NCBI GenBank assembly: GCA_035546235.1 | Contig: DASZWK010000398.1 | Coordinates: 3,372-67,371 of the forward strand | Source of the DNA: Xanthobacteraceae bacterium | Lineage (GTDB): Bacteria > Pseudomonadota > Alphaproteobacteria > Rhizobiales > Xanthobacteraceae | Direction of reading: 5' to 3' | Length of the DNA stretch: 64,000 nt | In this document: in pieces, positions 32,424 through 42,924 of the stretch | Layout: the number at the start of each line of letters is the position of its first letter | Numbering within the stretch: the first letter of the stretch is position 1 | Position numbers and translations under genes: made by a program | The notes under the pieces: generated by a model | What the model saw: only the letters and a program-made list of their open reading frames with translations | Told to the model about the DNA's origin: nothing | Databases searched by the model: none

Positions 32424-33203
32424 TCAAGTGCGCGCCAGATGGTAATCGGTCAGTGCCGCGCCGAAGGCCTCGAAGATCTTGCGATTGATCGGATTGCGGG
32501 CGGCGTCATGTTCGGCGTGCCATTGCACGCCGAGCGCAAAGCCCGGCGCGTCGGCAATGCGGATCGCCTCGATGGTGCCGTCCTCGGCCACGCCTTCGAC
32601 CACGACACGTTCGCCGAGCTGTAAAATGCCCTGGCCGTGGAGCGAATTGACCCGGATGGTGTTGCAGCCAAGAAGCTTGCCGAACACGCCGTCCGGCGTC
32701 AGCGTGATGTCGTGGCGGTCGGCGAAGATCACGGCGAGATCGGGATGCGGCTCCCCGTTCGGCAGCCGCGGCATGCGGTGGTTCATGCGGCCAGGCAGAT
32801 CGCGGATTTCCGGGTGCAGCGAGCCGCCAAAAGCGACGTTCATCTCCTGGAAGCCGCGGCAGATGCCCAAGAGCGGCACGCCGCGCGCCACGCAGACTTT
32901 GATCAGGCCTAGCGCCAGCGCGTCGCGGTCGCGGTCGTACGGCTCGTAGCGCGGGTCCTCCTGCGCACCGAAATGGGTGGGATGCACATTGGCGCGCGCC
33001 CCGGTGAGCAGGATGCCGTCAACGGTCTCCAGCAATGCGCCGGCCTCGGTGATTTCCGGCGTGGCGGCAAACATCAAGGGCAAAGCGCCCGCGACCTCGG
33101 CGACCGCGCGCAGATTGCGCTCGCCGACGCGTTGCGCCGTGAAGCGGCCCTCGACGCGATGCGGGCCGCCGATCACGCCGACGACAGGTCGCTTTGTCCT
33201 CAC
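32424..33203 (-). CDS. gamma-glutamyl-gamma-aminobutyrate hydrolase family protein (peptidase C26, class I GATase)
   Basis: GICRGFQ nucleophile elbow and a C-terminal VQWHAE segment. Confidence 0.8.
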   Translation of the reverse strand: MRTKRPVVGVIGGPHRVEGRFTAQRVGERNLRAVAEVAGALPLMFAATPEITEAGALLETVDGILLTGARANVHPTHFGAQEDPRYEPYDRDRDALALGLIKVCVARGVPLLGICRGFQEMNVAFGGSLHPEIRDLPGRMNHRMPRLPNGEPHPDLAVIFADRHDITLTPDGVFGKLLGCNTIRVNSLHGQGILQLGERVVVEGVAEDGTIEAIRIADAPGFALGVQWHAEHDAARNPINRKIFEAFGAALTDYHLART

Positions 33204-33326
33204 TGTACGGCCCCAACATCGCTCATGCCCTCGTTATAGCAGGGGCGGGCGACCGGAGACTCTCGATAGGCGGGATGCTGCATTGAGATGACTGTTACCG
33301 GGCCCGGGCGCCGCGCAAGGCCGCTC

Positions 33327-33923
33327 TCAGCCCACTGCCGCACGCCGGCGCAGATACGGCATCACGAACAGGGCCGCTACGGGGACATGCAGGAGAATGC
33401 CGGCGACGACGATCAGGCCGATGTCGGTGCCCGACAGCGTCCCGCGTTGCGCCTCCAGCGCCAGCACGAAGATCGTGAACGGCAGGAACAAGACGATCGA
33501 TGTGATCAGACCCGGGTTATAGATGCGCAATCGGATCGTGCTGACGATGTGCGTCAGGGCGTTGATGAGCGTGAGGCCGATCCAGCCGAGGCCGACCCAG
33601 CGCAACGCCTCGGGATAGAGGACGGCAAGGCTGACCGGCAGCCAGACAAAGCCGATGTTGATGAGCGCAACACCGCCGATATCGACCGGCCAATTGTCGT
33701 TTCCGCTCTTGAAGACGTGCGCGTTGGTGAACTGGCGGAAGCCGCCCGGCCACAGGTGCTCCTCGATCTGGTGCAGCATGTAGATGATCAGCAAGCCGAG
33801 CCACAGTGCCCGCTCGCTCAATGGGTCGGAGCGAAAAAATACGATCCAAGCGAGAATGGCGAGTACGCTCAGATAGGGCAGGGCTTTCTGCCAATTGGCA
33901 GCAATGCAGGATAAGAGCCGCAT
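33327..33923 (-). CDS. HXXEE-motif membrane protein
   Basis: 198 aa from ATG 33923 with multiple TM helices and the HQIEEH motif. The 467-aa track ORF is a composite with the antisense of the next gene. Confidence 0.55.
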   Translation of the reverse strand: MRLLSCIAANWQKALPYLSVLAILAWIVFFRSDPLSERALWLGLLIIYMLHQIEEHLWPGGFRQFTNAHVFKSGNDNWPVDIGGVALINIGFVWLPVSLAVLYPEALRWVGLGWIGLTLINALTHIVSTIRLRIYNPGLITSIVLFLPFTIFVLALEAQRGTLSGTDIGLIVVAGILLHVPVAALFVMPYLRRRAAVG

Positions 33924-34050
33924 CGGCGGAATCCTCATACGGCGGCAGGTCGCCGGCGTCGGATGCCGATGAATGGGCGCACTGACCGGCCGCGTGCTTC
34001 GAGCGGAAATTACGGCCGATTCGCCCGGCTCCTGCAAGCGGGGCGGGCGG

Positions 34051-34770
34051 CTACTCCGCTGCCTCGACGCGCGACCCACGCAAACCCGCAAGGATGGCGC
34101 GTGCTTGCCCCATCGAGAATTCCCGCTTGGCGGCGTCAAAAGCATGCCGGCTGTGAGGCAGCATGTAACCGTGGTCGACGCCGGGGAAGACGTGCAGGTC
34201 GATGTTCTTCTGCCGCGCCGCCGCCGCGCGGTAGGCGTCTCGCACGTTGGGCGGCGCTGCAAAATCCAGATCGCCCCACATGATGCAAACTGGGGCGGTA
34301 AGCCCATCGAGCTCCTGGATAAAGTCCAGGAGTTGGGTGCCGTGGCAGGAGAGGCCGGCGTCGTAGCCGAGCCGCTTCGGACCGAGAATGGCGTAGGGGC
34401 CGCCGTAGCAGAAGCCCATGACGGCAGCGCGGCCGTTGTGCTGCGGCAACGTGCGCACGTATTTGAGCGTGTCGGCCATATCGGCTTCGCCCGTCTTGAT
34501 CTTCTCCAGCCGCGGCTGGCCGCGCGGGGCGGTGCGCGGATCGTCATGGGGGAGCGGCCCGGGCACCGAGCGCCAGAACAGGTCGGGCGCCGCCGCAATG
34601 TACCCGGAAGCGGCGAATTCGTCGGCGATCCCGCGTAAATCCTCATCGACCCCAAGAATGGCATTCGCCAGCACGATGGCGGCCGTCGGGGCAGCCGCCG
34701 CCGGGAGCGCCAGGTAACAGTCAAATACACCGCCCGACGAAGAGGGCACTTTCACAGTGTTCGCGGGCAT
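34051..34770 (-). CDS. dienelactone hydrolase family protein
   Basis: GFCYGG nucleophile motif and DLH-like length and order. Confidence 0.8.
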   Translation of the reverse strand: MPANTVKVPSSSGGVFDCYLALPAAAAPTAAIVLANAILGVDEDLRGIADEFAASGYIAAAPDLFWRSVPGPLPHDDPRTAPRGQPRLEKIKTGEADMADTLKYVRTLPQHNGRAAVMGFCYGGPYAILGPKRLGYDAGLSCHGTQLLDFIQELDGLTAPVCIMWGDLDFAAPPNVRDAYRAAAARQKNIDLHVFPGVDHGYMLPHSRHAFDAAKREFSMGQARAILAGLRGSRVEAAE

Positions 34771-34975
34771 GGCGGACCTCCGAAAATGGGATGGGCCCTT
34801 TCAGCCTAGCGGCCGCACCGCTTTCGGCCAAGTCCCGTCGAACGTGCTCACGCGGTTTCGGTCCCTGGCAATATTTATCCTAATAAGATTTTTGCGCTGC
34901 AAAAGCTGCGTTTAACTGGACTCGCCGCAGGAGAATCGAGCACAACCCCAGCATTAGATTGGCTGGAGGGCCTCC

Positions 34976-35269
34976 ATGAAAATCCTCGCGACTGCATTTG
35001 CCTTCGGACTATTCATCTCCTGCAACAGCGCCTTTGCCGCAGATATCGATCTGTCGACATGGACTTGCAAGAAATTCCAGGCGGCGGACAAAGACGATAT
35101 CGGCATCATCCTCGCTTGGCTCGATGGCTATTATCGTGACGAAGACGATCCGCCGGTCATCAACACCGATCGGTTCGTCGCCAACGCCAAGAAACTCGGC
35201 GCCTACTGCGCTGAGCATCCGGATCAAGGGTTGATTACCGCGACGGACGCGGTGTTCAAGAAGAAGTAA
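34976..35269 (+). CDS. HdeA/HdeB-like periplasmic protein
   Basis: Signal peptide followed by WTCKKF...ILAWLDGYY...YCAEHP, a pattern seen in HdeA-family proteins. Confidence 0.5.
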   Translation: MKILATAFAFGLFISCNSAFAADIDLSTWTCKKFQAADKDDIGIILAWLDGYYRDEDDPPVINTDRFVANAKKLGAYCAEHPDQGLITATDAVFKKK

Positions 35270-35316
35270 TTCTGTTCAAAGAGCGAGCTTTGAGCGGCGG
35301 GGGTGCCGCTCAATCC

Positions 35317-37383
35317 TCAAACGTCGAGTGCGTCTTCGTCGGCAAATTCGGCGCGCTCCTGGATGAAGGCGAAGCGAGCCTCGGGTTTCGTCCCCATCAG
35401 TCGTTCGACCGCTTTCTCTGTGGCTTTCTGATCGTCCGGCAAGAGCGTCACGCGCAGCAGCGTGCGTTTGCGCGGATCCATGGTCGTTTCCTTCAGTTGC
35501 GCGGCCATCATTTCGCCGAGCCCCTTAAAGCGGCTCACTTCCACCTTGGCGTTGGCGTGAAACTCCTTCTTTAATATCTCATCGCGGTGCTTGTCGTTGC
35601 GGGCATAGAAAATCTTGCCGCCATGCGACAGGCGGAACAGCGGCGGCACCGCGAGATAGAGGTGGCCGTTGTCGATCAGGTGCGGCATTTGCCGGTAAAA
35701 GAAGGTGATCAGCAATGACGCGATATGGGCGCCGTCGACGTCGGCGTCGGTCATGATGATGACCCGGCCGTAGCGCAAATCCTCGTCACGATAATGCGCG
35801 CCGCTGCCGCAGCCGAGCGCCTGCACCAGATCGGCGAGCTGTTGGTTCTGCGCAAGCTTGTCCTTGCCGGCCGAGGCAACGTTGAGGATCTTTCCGCGCA
35901 ACGGCAATACGGCTTGTGAGGCGCGATCGCGTGCCTGCTTGGCCGACCCGCCGGCGGAATCGCCTTCCACCACGAAAAGCTCGGCGCCTGCGGCGGCGCT
36001 GTTGGTGCAATCGGCGAGTTTGCCGGGCAGCCGCAGCTTGCGGACCGCGCTCTTGCGCGCGATGTCTTTTTCCTGCTTGCGGCGCAGGCGCTCCTCGGCG
36101 CGCTCGACCACGAATTCGAACAGCTTGCTGGCCGCCGCCGGATTGCCGGCGAGCCAATGGTCGAACGGGTCCTTGATGGCCTGCTCGACGATCTTCTGCG
36201 CCTCGGCGGTGGCGAGGCGATCCTTGGTCTGGCCCTGGAATTCCGGTTCGCGGATGAACACCGAGAGCATCGCGCCGGCGCCGGTCATGACGTCATCGGA
36301 GGTGATCGCGGCACCGCGCTTGCCCTGGTTCATGCGCTCGGCATGATCCTTGAGCCCGCGCAAGAGTGCGGTCCGCAACCCGGATTCGTGGGTGCCGCCA
36401 TCCGGCGTCGGAATTGTATTGCAGTAGGAGTTCAGGAAGCCGTCGGCGTCGGCGGTCCACGCCACCGCCCATTGGACGCCGCCGTGGATGCCGATCTTGC
36501 CCGCGGTGCCGGTGAAGATGTCGGGATGGACGAGTGTCGCCGAAGACAGCGTCTCCGACAGATAATCCTTCAAGCCGTCGGCGAAATGGAACGTCGCCTT
36601 TTCGGGCACGTCCTCGACGCCGCGCAACAGCTCCTTGGCGCATGACCAGCGCAGTTCGACGCCGCCGAACAGATAGGCCTTTGAGCGCGTCATCTTGAAT
36701 ACGCGCTCGGGCTTAAAGCGGGCCTGTTCGCCGAAAATCTGCGGGTCGGGGAGAAAGCGCACCCTGGTGCCGCGGCGGTTGGGCGCCTTGCCGACCTCCT
36801 GCAGTTTGGTCTTCGGCTTGCCGCGCTCGAAAATCATCCGATAGAGTTTTTGGCCGCGCGCGACCTCGACTTCCATGCGCTCGGACAGCGCGTTGGCGAC
36901 CGATACGCCGACACCGTGCAGGCCGCCCGAGGTCTCGTAGACCTTGGAGTCGAATTTGCCGCCGGCGTGCAGCGTGCACATGATCACTTCAAGGGCGGAT
37001 TTTTTCGGGAATTTCGGATGCGGGTCGATCGGAATGCCGCGGCCGTTGTCGTTGACCGTGATGAAGCCGTCGGCCTCCATCTCGACCTCGATCCAGTCGG
37101 CGTGGCCGGCCAGCGCCTCATCCATGGCATTGTCGATGACTTCGGCAAACAGGTGGTGCAGCGCCTTCTCGTCCGTGCCGCCGATATACATGCCGGGACG
37201 GCGCCGGACCGGCTCGAGGCCCTCCAGAACCTCGATGTGTTTCGCCGTATAGCCGGCCTCGGCCGACGAGCCACGCCCGGCCGCCGGGCTCGACCGCCGG
37301 GGGCTGCCGCGGCGCGCCGCGGCCGAGCCGGAGAACAGATCTGGGGAATCTTGTGCCGGTGATTTTTTTGCTGACTTTCCCAA
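35317..37383 (-). CDS. parE: DNA topoisomerase IV subunit B
   Basis: GHKL ATPase (RRRPGMYIGG) and Toprim EGDSAGG motifs. It has a long Ala/Ser/Arg-rich N-terminal extension. The start is uncertain because the track start is TTG. Confidence 0.88.
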   Translation of the reverse strand: MGKSAKKSPAQDSPDLFSGSAAARRGSPRRSSPAAGRGSSAEAGYTAKHIEVLEGLEPVRRRPGMYIGGTDEKALHHLFAEVIDNAMDEALAGHADWIEVEMEADGFITVNDNGRGIPIDPHPKFPKKSALEVIMCTLHAGGKFDSKVYETSGGLHGVGVSVANALSERMEVEVARGQKLYRMIFERGKPKTKLQEVGKAPNRRGTRVRFLPDPQIFGEQARFKPERVFKMTRSKAYLFGGVELRWSCAKELLRGVEDVPEKATFHFADGLKDYLSETLSSATLVHPDIFTGTAGKIGIHGGVQWAVAWTADADGFLNSYCNTIPTPDGGTHESGLRTALLRGLKDHAERMNQGKRGAAITSDDVMTGAGAMLSVFIREPEFQGQTKDRLATAEAQKIVEQAIKDPFDHWLAGNPAAASKLFEFVVERAEERLRRKQEKDIARKSAVRKLRLPGKLADCTNSAAAGAELFVVEGDSAGGSAKQARDRASQAVLPLRGKILNVASAGKDKLAQNQQLADLVQALGCGSGAHYRDEDLRYGRVIIMTDADVDGAHIASLLITFFYRQMPHLIDNGHLYLAVPPLFRLSHGGKIFYARNDKHRDEILKKEFHANAKVEVSRFKGLGEMMAAQLKETTMDPRKRTLLRVTLLPDDQKATEKAVERLMGTKPEARFAFIQERAEFADEDALDV

Positions 37384-37738
37384 GATTTACCCCAGCCTCT
37401 TATGGTGGTTTCTCTGCCGATGTGGCGGTTTGACAGCCCCCGCGCAACGGCTCGGCGAATCAGCCCTGACTATAGGCTCGACTATGCCATTTAGGGGGCG
37501 ACCCCAGCAGCGCATTTGACGCTATCGGGACCGCGCACTATATCGCCGCCATGCCAAGGATGTTTCGAAGCATTTTCGCATCCGCCGTCCTGACCGAGCG
37601 CAGCCGCCGCCGCTCTCGCGATACGGCACGGGCGCGCCTTGGCGTATAGCAAGCCCTCGTGCCGCCGGTTCCGCGGCACCGACCCCGATAGACTTGCTGC
37701 GGATTCGGCCTGATCGTTAAAAGGCGAAAGGTTGAATC

Positions 37739-38806
37739 ATGTCCGCGCAGACTGACAAGGCCAAGATCGGCATCCTCGGCGCGTCCGGCTATACGGGCGC
37801 GGAGTTGCTGCGGCTGCTCATTCGCCACCCGCGCGTCGAGATTGCGCTGCTGACGGCTGACCGGCGCGCCGGCAAGCCGATGGCCGATGTATTTCCGCAA
37901 TTCGCGCCTTACGCGTTGCCGACGCTCACCGCGCTCGATGTCGCCGATTGGGCGGCGCTCGGCCTCGATGTTGCTTTCTGCGCACTGCCGCACGGCACGA
38001 CACAAAAAGTCATCGCCGATTTGCTGACCCGTGCACCGGCAACGAAAGTCGTCGATCTGTCTGCCGATTTCCGACTCGCCGATCCTGCCGCCTATGCACA
38101 CTGGTACGGCCACGAGCATTTCGCGCCGGCACTGCAGCGAGAGGCCGTCTATGGCCTTACCGAAGTCTACCGGCACAAGATCAAAGCGGCACGTCTTGTC
38201 GCCAACCCGGGCTGTTACACGACCTGTGCGCAGCTTGCGCTCATTCCGTTGCTCAAGGCCAAGGCGATCGATCCGGACGAGATTGTCGTCGACGCCAAAT
38301 CCGGCATGACCGGGGCGGGCAGGGCCGCGAAAGAGGAAATGCTGTTTTCCGAGGTGTCGGAGGGTTTCCACGCCTATGGCGTTGGCCACCATCGCCACAT
38401 GTCCGAACTCGATCAGGAGTTTTCGCTCGCTGCCGGCCGCCAAGTGACGGTCAGTTTCACGCCGCATCTGGTGCCGATGAACCGTGGCATCCTCTCGACG
38501 ATTTACGTCCGGGGTCTCGACAAGGCAGCGCCGGAGGATCTCCATGCGCTGCTCGCGAAGGCTTACGCCAACGAGCCGTTCGTCCATGTGCTGCCGTTCC
38601 GCACCATGCCGCAGACCCGGCACGTGCGCGGTTCCAATATGACCTTCATCGGCGTCGCCGCCGACCGCATCGCCGGCCGCGCCATCATCTGCTCGGCGCT
38701 CGATAACCTGACCAAAGGCGCTTCCGGTCAGGCCGTGCAGAACATGAACGTGATGCTCGGCTATCCGGAGGCTATGGGGATCGATCAGGTCGCGATGTTT
38801 CCGTAA
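37739..38806 (+). CDS. argC: N-acetyl-gamma-glutamyl-phosphate reductase
   Basis: GASGYTGAELLRLL and the active-site ANPGCYTT motif. Confidence 0.92.
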   Translation: MSAQTDKAKIGILGASGYTGAELLRLLIRHPRVEIALLTADRRAGKPMADVFPQFAPYALPTLTALDVADWAALGLDVAFCALPHGTTQKVIADLLTRAPATKVVDLSADFRLADPAAYAHWYGHEHFAPALQREAVYGLTEVYRHKIKAARLVANPGCYTTCAQLALIPLLKAKAIDPDEIVVDAKSGMTGAGRAAKEEMLFSEVSEGFHAYGVGHHRHMSELDQEFSLAAGRQVTVSFTPHLVPMNRGILSTIYVRGLDKAAPEDLHALLAKAYANEPFVHVLPFRTMPQTRHVRGSNMTFIGVAADRIAGRAIICSALDNLTKGASGQAVQNMNVMLGYPEAMGIDQVAMFP

Positions 38807-38935
38807 CCTGCCGCGAATACCAGCCCGCTCAGAAGGCTCCATCGGGTTCCTGGGTCGTTCTCCTCCGAATGGAGGACGCGCGCGCTGGAGCTGATGCTGC
38901 ATCGTGAGCTTCGCCACAAACCGTGGAGAGGCCCA

Positions 38936-39169
38936 ATGCGTTATCCCTTGTTCATTTTCTTTCCGCTCGTTCTTGCAGCGGCGCGATCCCTGGCATTCGG
39001 CATTCAAACGCCGGGACCGTCTGAAGAGCGGACAACGATATCGGCCGAGACTGAATACAGGTTTCTTCTCATCGCAATATTCTGTCTGACTGGCTTGCTG
39101 CTCACTCTCAGTGCCACGGTGTTTTTCCCCGATCTCGGCGCGGTGATCGCGGAATACAATCAAATCTGA
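38936..39169 (+). CDS. hypothetical small membrane protein
   Basis: 77 aa with two hydrophobic segments, in a region with GC visibly lower than its surroundings. Weak call. Confidence 0.3.
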   Translation: MRYPLFIFFPLVLAAARSLAFGIQTPGPSEERTTISAETEYRFLLIAIFCLTGLLLTLSATVFFPDLGAVIAEYNQI

Positions 39170-39173
39170 CGTC

Positions 39174-40979
39174 CTAATCCCGCAATCGCACATAGCTTCC
39201 GGGCGCATCTTCAATCGGTGTGAGTACGCCGCCGCCGGGCTCGCGTGCCGGTACCTCGGTTGCGTCCTGGTCCTTGAGCCAGGCGAGCCAATCCGGCCAC
39301 CATGAGCCCGGATGCTCGGTGGCCTTGGCGAGCCACTTGTCGAGGTCGGCGCTGCGCGGCCGCGGCCCGGTCCAGTATTGATACTTCTTGCGGTCCGGCG
39401 GGTTGACGACGCCGGCGATATGGCCGGAACCGGCCAGCACGAAGCGCACCGGGCCGCCGAAGAACTTGCTGCCGAGCAGCACCGATTTCGGTGGCGCGAT
39501 ATGGTCCTCGCGCGTCGCCAGATTGTAGATCGGCACTTTGACTGATTTGAGATCGATCGGCGTGTTGCTGATCGTCATCTTGCCTTGAGCGAGCCTGTTT
39601 TCCAGGTAGCAGGAGCGCACGTAGAAGGCATGATTGGCGGCGGGCATGCGCGTCGCATCGGAATTCCAGTACAGCAGATCGAACGGGAACGGCGCCTTGC
39701 CCTTGAGATAATTGTTGATCACATAGGGCCAGATCAGATCGTTCGAGCGCATCAGATTGAACACGGTCGCCATCTTGCGGCCTTCAAGATAGCCGCGCTC
39801 GGTCATGCGCTGCTCGAGTGCCTCGACCTGCTTCTCGTCGACGAACACTTTCAGGTCGCCGGCGAAGGTGAAATCGACCTGCGCGGCGAACAGCGTTGCC
39901 GACATGATCCGCTCGTCGCGCCACGCCGCCATGGCGGCGAGCGTGACCGAGAGGAGCGTGCCCCCGACGCAATAACCGATGGTGTGGACGCGATCCTCGC
40001 CCGTGACCTTTTGGATGGCGTCCAGCGCGGCGATGGGACCTTGGCGCATGTAATCTTCAAACGTCTTTTGCGCCAAATGGGAGTCAGGATTGACCCAGGA
40101 AATACAGAAAACCGTCACGCCCTGATCGACGCACCACTTGATGAAGGATTTTTCCGGCGTCAGATCGAGTACGTAGAATTTGTTGATCCAGGGCGGCACG
40201 ATCAGGACCGGGCGCTTGAGTACATTCGGTGTCGAGGGGGCGTACTGGATCAGCTGCATCAGGTCGTTTTGAAAAATGATCTTGCCGGGGGTGGTCGCCA
40301 GGTTGCGGCCGACCTCGAACATCGATGAATCGGATTGCCGGATGCGCAGGTGGCCACCGCCGGCCTCGATATCCTCGGCCAGCATCTTCATGCCGCGCAC
40401 CAGATTGTCTGCGTTGCTGGTAACTGTCTCGCGCAGCAATTCCGGATTGGTCAGAATAAAGTTCGACGGCGACAGCGCATTGCCGATCTGCCGCACATAG
40501 AACTCGGCTTTTTGTCTGGTGTGCGCGTCCAGGCCGGAAGCGTCGCTCACCAATTGGTTCGCCCATTGGGTGGTGAGCAGATAGCCCTGTTTGAGAAAGT
40601 CATAGAATTGGTTCGAGCTCCATTCCGGATCGGCAAAGCGCTTGTCGGCGGGGGTAGCGGCGACGACGGGGCTGGATTCCTGGCCGGCGAGGCGCTTGGC
40701 GGCCGCGGCCCACAGATCGAGGTAGGCCTTGCCCAGCCGGGTTTGCAGTTCGACCGCGCGCTGCGGGTCTCCGAGCCAGTACTCGGCGACTTGGCCAAGA
40801 GTTTTGACCACCTCGGCGACCTCGTCGGCCATTTCGCGATCGTTTTCGCCCTGTTCGCGGGGCTTCAGGTACGCCGCCAGCGCCCGGCCGCCATTTTCGA
40901 TCAGGTGGGCCAGATTGCGCGACAAGGCCTCGACATCAATCGTGCCGATCTTCACCTGCTGTTGCGATGGAGGCTGCAC
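39174..40979 (-). CDS. phaC: class I poly(R)-hydroxyalkanoate synthase
   Basis: 601 aa with the lipase-box GYCVGG and a conserved PhaC N-domain. Confidence 0.92.
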   Translation of the reverse strand: MQPPSQQQVKIGTIDVEALSRNLAHLIENGGRALAAYLKPREQGENDREMADEVAEVVKTLGQVAEYWLGDPQRAVELQTRLGKAYLDLWAAAAKRLAGQESSPVVAATPADKRFADPEWSSNQFYDFLKQGYLLTTQWANQLVSDASGLDAHTRQKAEFYVRQIGNALSPSNFILTNPELLRETVTSNADNLVRGMKMLAEDIEAGGGHLRIRQSDSSMFEVGRNLATTPGKIIFQNDLMQLIQYAPSTPNVLKRPVLIVPPWINKFYVLDLTPEKSFIKWCVDQGVTVFCISWVNPDSHLAQKTFEDYMRQGPIAALDAIQKVTGEDRVHTIGYCVGGTLLSVTLAAMAAWRDERIMSATLFAAQVDFTFAGDLKVFVDEKQVEALEQRMTERGYLEGRKMATVFNLMRSNDLIWPYVINNYLKGKAPFPFDLLYWNSDATRMPAANHAFYVRSCYLENRLAQGKMTISNTPIDLKSVKVPIYNLATREDHIAPPKSVLLGSKFFGGPVRFVLAGSGHIAGVVNPPDRKKYQYWTGPRPRSADLDKWLAKATEHPGSWWPDWLAWLKDQDATEVPAREPGGGVLTPIEDAPGSYVRLRD

Positions 40980-41322
40980 CGGCGTTCCTCAGCGGCCACG
41001 GGAAAATTCAACAGGACGATCCCGACTCTTTTCACAGAAATGGCTTTTCATACTGACGCGCACAAGACGTAGCCGATCACTTGGCTTTTCGCCGTGTCGG
41101 TCCCGAATGCGCCGTTGGGGCCGCAGCCGGGGCGGCCCGTGCTGGTGTCCTTGTTTGGACATATTACCGGGGTACGAAAACTTAGGGTGGTCGTTCAATT
41201 GGTCACCGTAAGTATTGGATTGGTAAACAATTTAACGGCACAAGATCGGGCGAGGGGCCGCCCGAAAGCAGCATGGATGCGGCTGGAAGGGCCCGGCGAG
41301 GTTGGGCTGGGGACAAGCCTGT

Positions 41323-41634
41323 ATGACGTTGGCTCGCGGCACGCGAAGGCGAATATGCGCCGCAGTAGCTGTTGCAGCCATTGCGGCGCTGCTATCGGCC
41401 TGTTCATCCTCGTCCGGAACCTATCCGTCACTGTTTACCGAGCCCCCGCCGCGGGGCGATACCCCGCTGACGCCCGACGAAGTCAAGCAGGCGACCGACA
41501 CGCTTCTGACCGACCGCCAGCACCTGTGCGCCGAAGCGATCGCCAATGTGCCGCCGGGCGGTCCGCCGCCGGACTGTGCGGCCCAAACCGGAACCGCCGG
41601 CAAACCAACCGGTGGCACCGCCGGCAAGCCGTGA
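41323..41634 (+). CDS. putative lipoprotein, Pro/Gly-rich
   Basis: Lipobox LLSAC after a basic N-terminus. ATG 41323. Confidence 0.45.
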   Translation: MTLARGTRRRICAAVAVAAIAALLSACSSSSGTYPSLFTEPPPRGDTPLTPDEVKQATDTLLTDRQHLCAEAIANVPPGGPPPDCAAQTGTAGKPTGGTAGKP

Positions 41635-41679
41635 TACAAACGCTGAATCACTGCACTTTCGAACCCCGCCGAGACCGTC

Positions 41680-42897
41680 ATGGAAGACTTTTATCGCATT
41701 CGCCGCCTGCCGCCGTACGTCTTTGAGGTCGTCAACCGGGCCAAGGCGGCTGCACGCAACGGCGGCGCCGATATCATCGACCTCGGCATGGGCAACCCCG
41801 ATCTGCCGGCACCGGCGCATGTCATCGAAAAGATGAAGGAGACGATCGGCAAGCCGCGCACCGATCGCTATTCCGCTTCCAAGGGCATTGCGGGGCTGCG
41901 CCGCGCCCAGGCGGCATATTACGCGCGCCGCTTCGGGGTGAAGCTCAATCCCGAAACCCAGATCGTTACGACGCTCGGCTCCAAGGAAGGCTTCGCCAAC
42001 GTCGCCCAAGCGATCATCGCGCCGGGCGACGTCATTATCGTCCCCAATCCAACCTATCCGATCCATGCCTTCGGCTTTCTCATGGCGGGAGGCACCACTC
42101 GCGCCGTGCCGGTCGAGGCCAACAGCACGTTCTTCGCAGCGCTCGAGCGCGCGGTCCTGCATTCGATCCCCAAGCCGATCGCCGTCGTCGTCTGCTATCC
42201 GTCGAATCCGACGGCCTGCACCGCCGATCTCGACTTCTATCGCGACCTCGTCGCGTTTGCGAAGAAGCACGGCATCCTGGTGTTGTCCGATCTCGCTTAC
42301 GCCGAAGTCTATTTCGACGGCCATCCGCCGCCGTCGGTACTCCAGGTCCCGGGCGCCATGGATGTAGCGGTCGAGTTCACCTCGATGTCGAAGACCTATT
42401 CGATGCCCGGCTGGCGTATCGGCTTTGCGGTCGGCAACGAACGCATCATCGCCGCGCTGGCGCGGGTGAAATCCTATCTCGATTACGGCGCCTTCACGCC
42501 GCTTCAAGTCGCCGCAACAGCCGCGCTCAACGGTCCGGACGACTGCATTCATGAAATGCGCGCGACCTACTGGCGGCGGCGCGATGCGCTGGTTGATTCG
42601 TTCGGCCGGGCCGGCTGGCACATACCGCCGCCGTCGGCCTCGATGTTTGCCTGGGCGCCGATTCCCGAGCCGTTCCAGCCGCTCGGCAGCGTCGAGTTCT
42701 CGACACTCCTGGTCGAGAAGGCGAGTGTCGCGGTGGCGCCTGGCGCCGGTTTTGGCGAATACGGCGAAGGCCACGTTCGCATCGCGCTCGTCGAGAACGA
42801 GCAGCGCATCCGCCAGGCGGCGCGCAACATCCGCCGCTTTCTTGAAACTGGGCCGGAAATGCTGCACAACGTCGTCCCGCTCGCGACGCGACGCTGA
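41680..42897 (+). CDS. class I/II PLP aminotransferase (LL-diaminopimelate/alanine aminotransferase-like)
   Basis: NPTYP, the SMSKTYSMPGWRIG Lys motif, and a conserved position upstream of hom. Confidence 0.85.
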   Translation: MEDFYRIRRLPPYVFEVVNRAKAAARNGGADIIDLGMGNPDLPAPAHVIEKMKETIGKPRTDRYSASKGIAGLRRAQAAYYARRFGVKLNPETQIVTTLGSKEGFANVAQAIIAPGDVIIVPNPTYPIHAFGFLMAGGTTRAVPVEANSTFFAALERAVLHSIPKPIAVVVCYPSNPTACTADLDFYRDLVAFAKKHGILVLSDLAYAEVYFDGHPPPSVLQVPGAMDVAVEFTSMSKTYSMPGWRIGFAVGNERIIAALARVKSYLDYGAFTPLQVAATAALNGPDDCIHEMRATYWRRRDALVDSFGRAGWHIPPPSASMFAWAPIPEPFQPLGSVEFSTLLVEKASVAVAPGAGFGEYGEGHVRIALVENEQRIRQAARNIRRFLETGPEMLHNVVPLATRR

Positions 42898-42924
42898 TCG
42901 CGCTTCCATTTTTGGCGACGTTTC

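Noticed and set aside
33327-34730. A 467-aa minus-strand ORF.
   Set aside because: It is a composite. The C-terminal 198 aa form a coherent HXXEE membrane protein. The N-terminal part is an out-of-frame overlap of the dienelactone hydrolase gene (34051-34770) and is Arg/Pro/Ser-rich nonsense.
37538-39214. A 558-aa minus-strand ORF. Similar antisense ORFs occur at 18104-19420, 19493-20794, 53079-54863 and 27271-28161.
   Set aside because: All are antisense to strongly supported genes (argC, lon, sorA, the MFS transporter) and have Arg/Gly/Asp/His-rich composition typical of GC-rich shadow frames.
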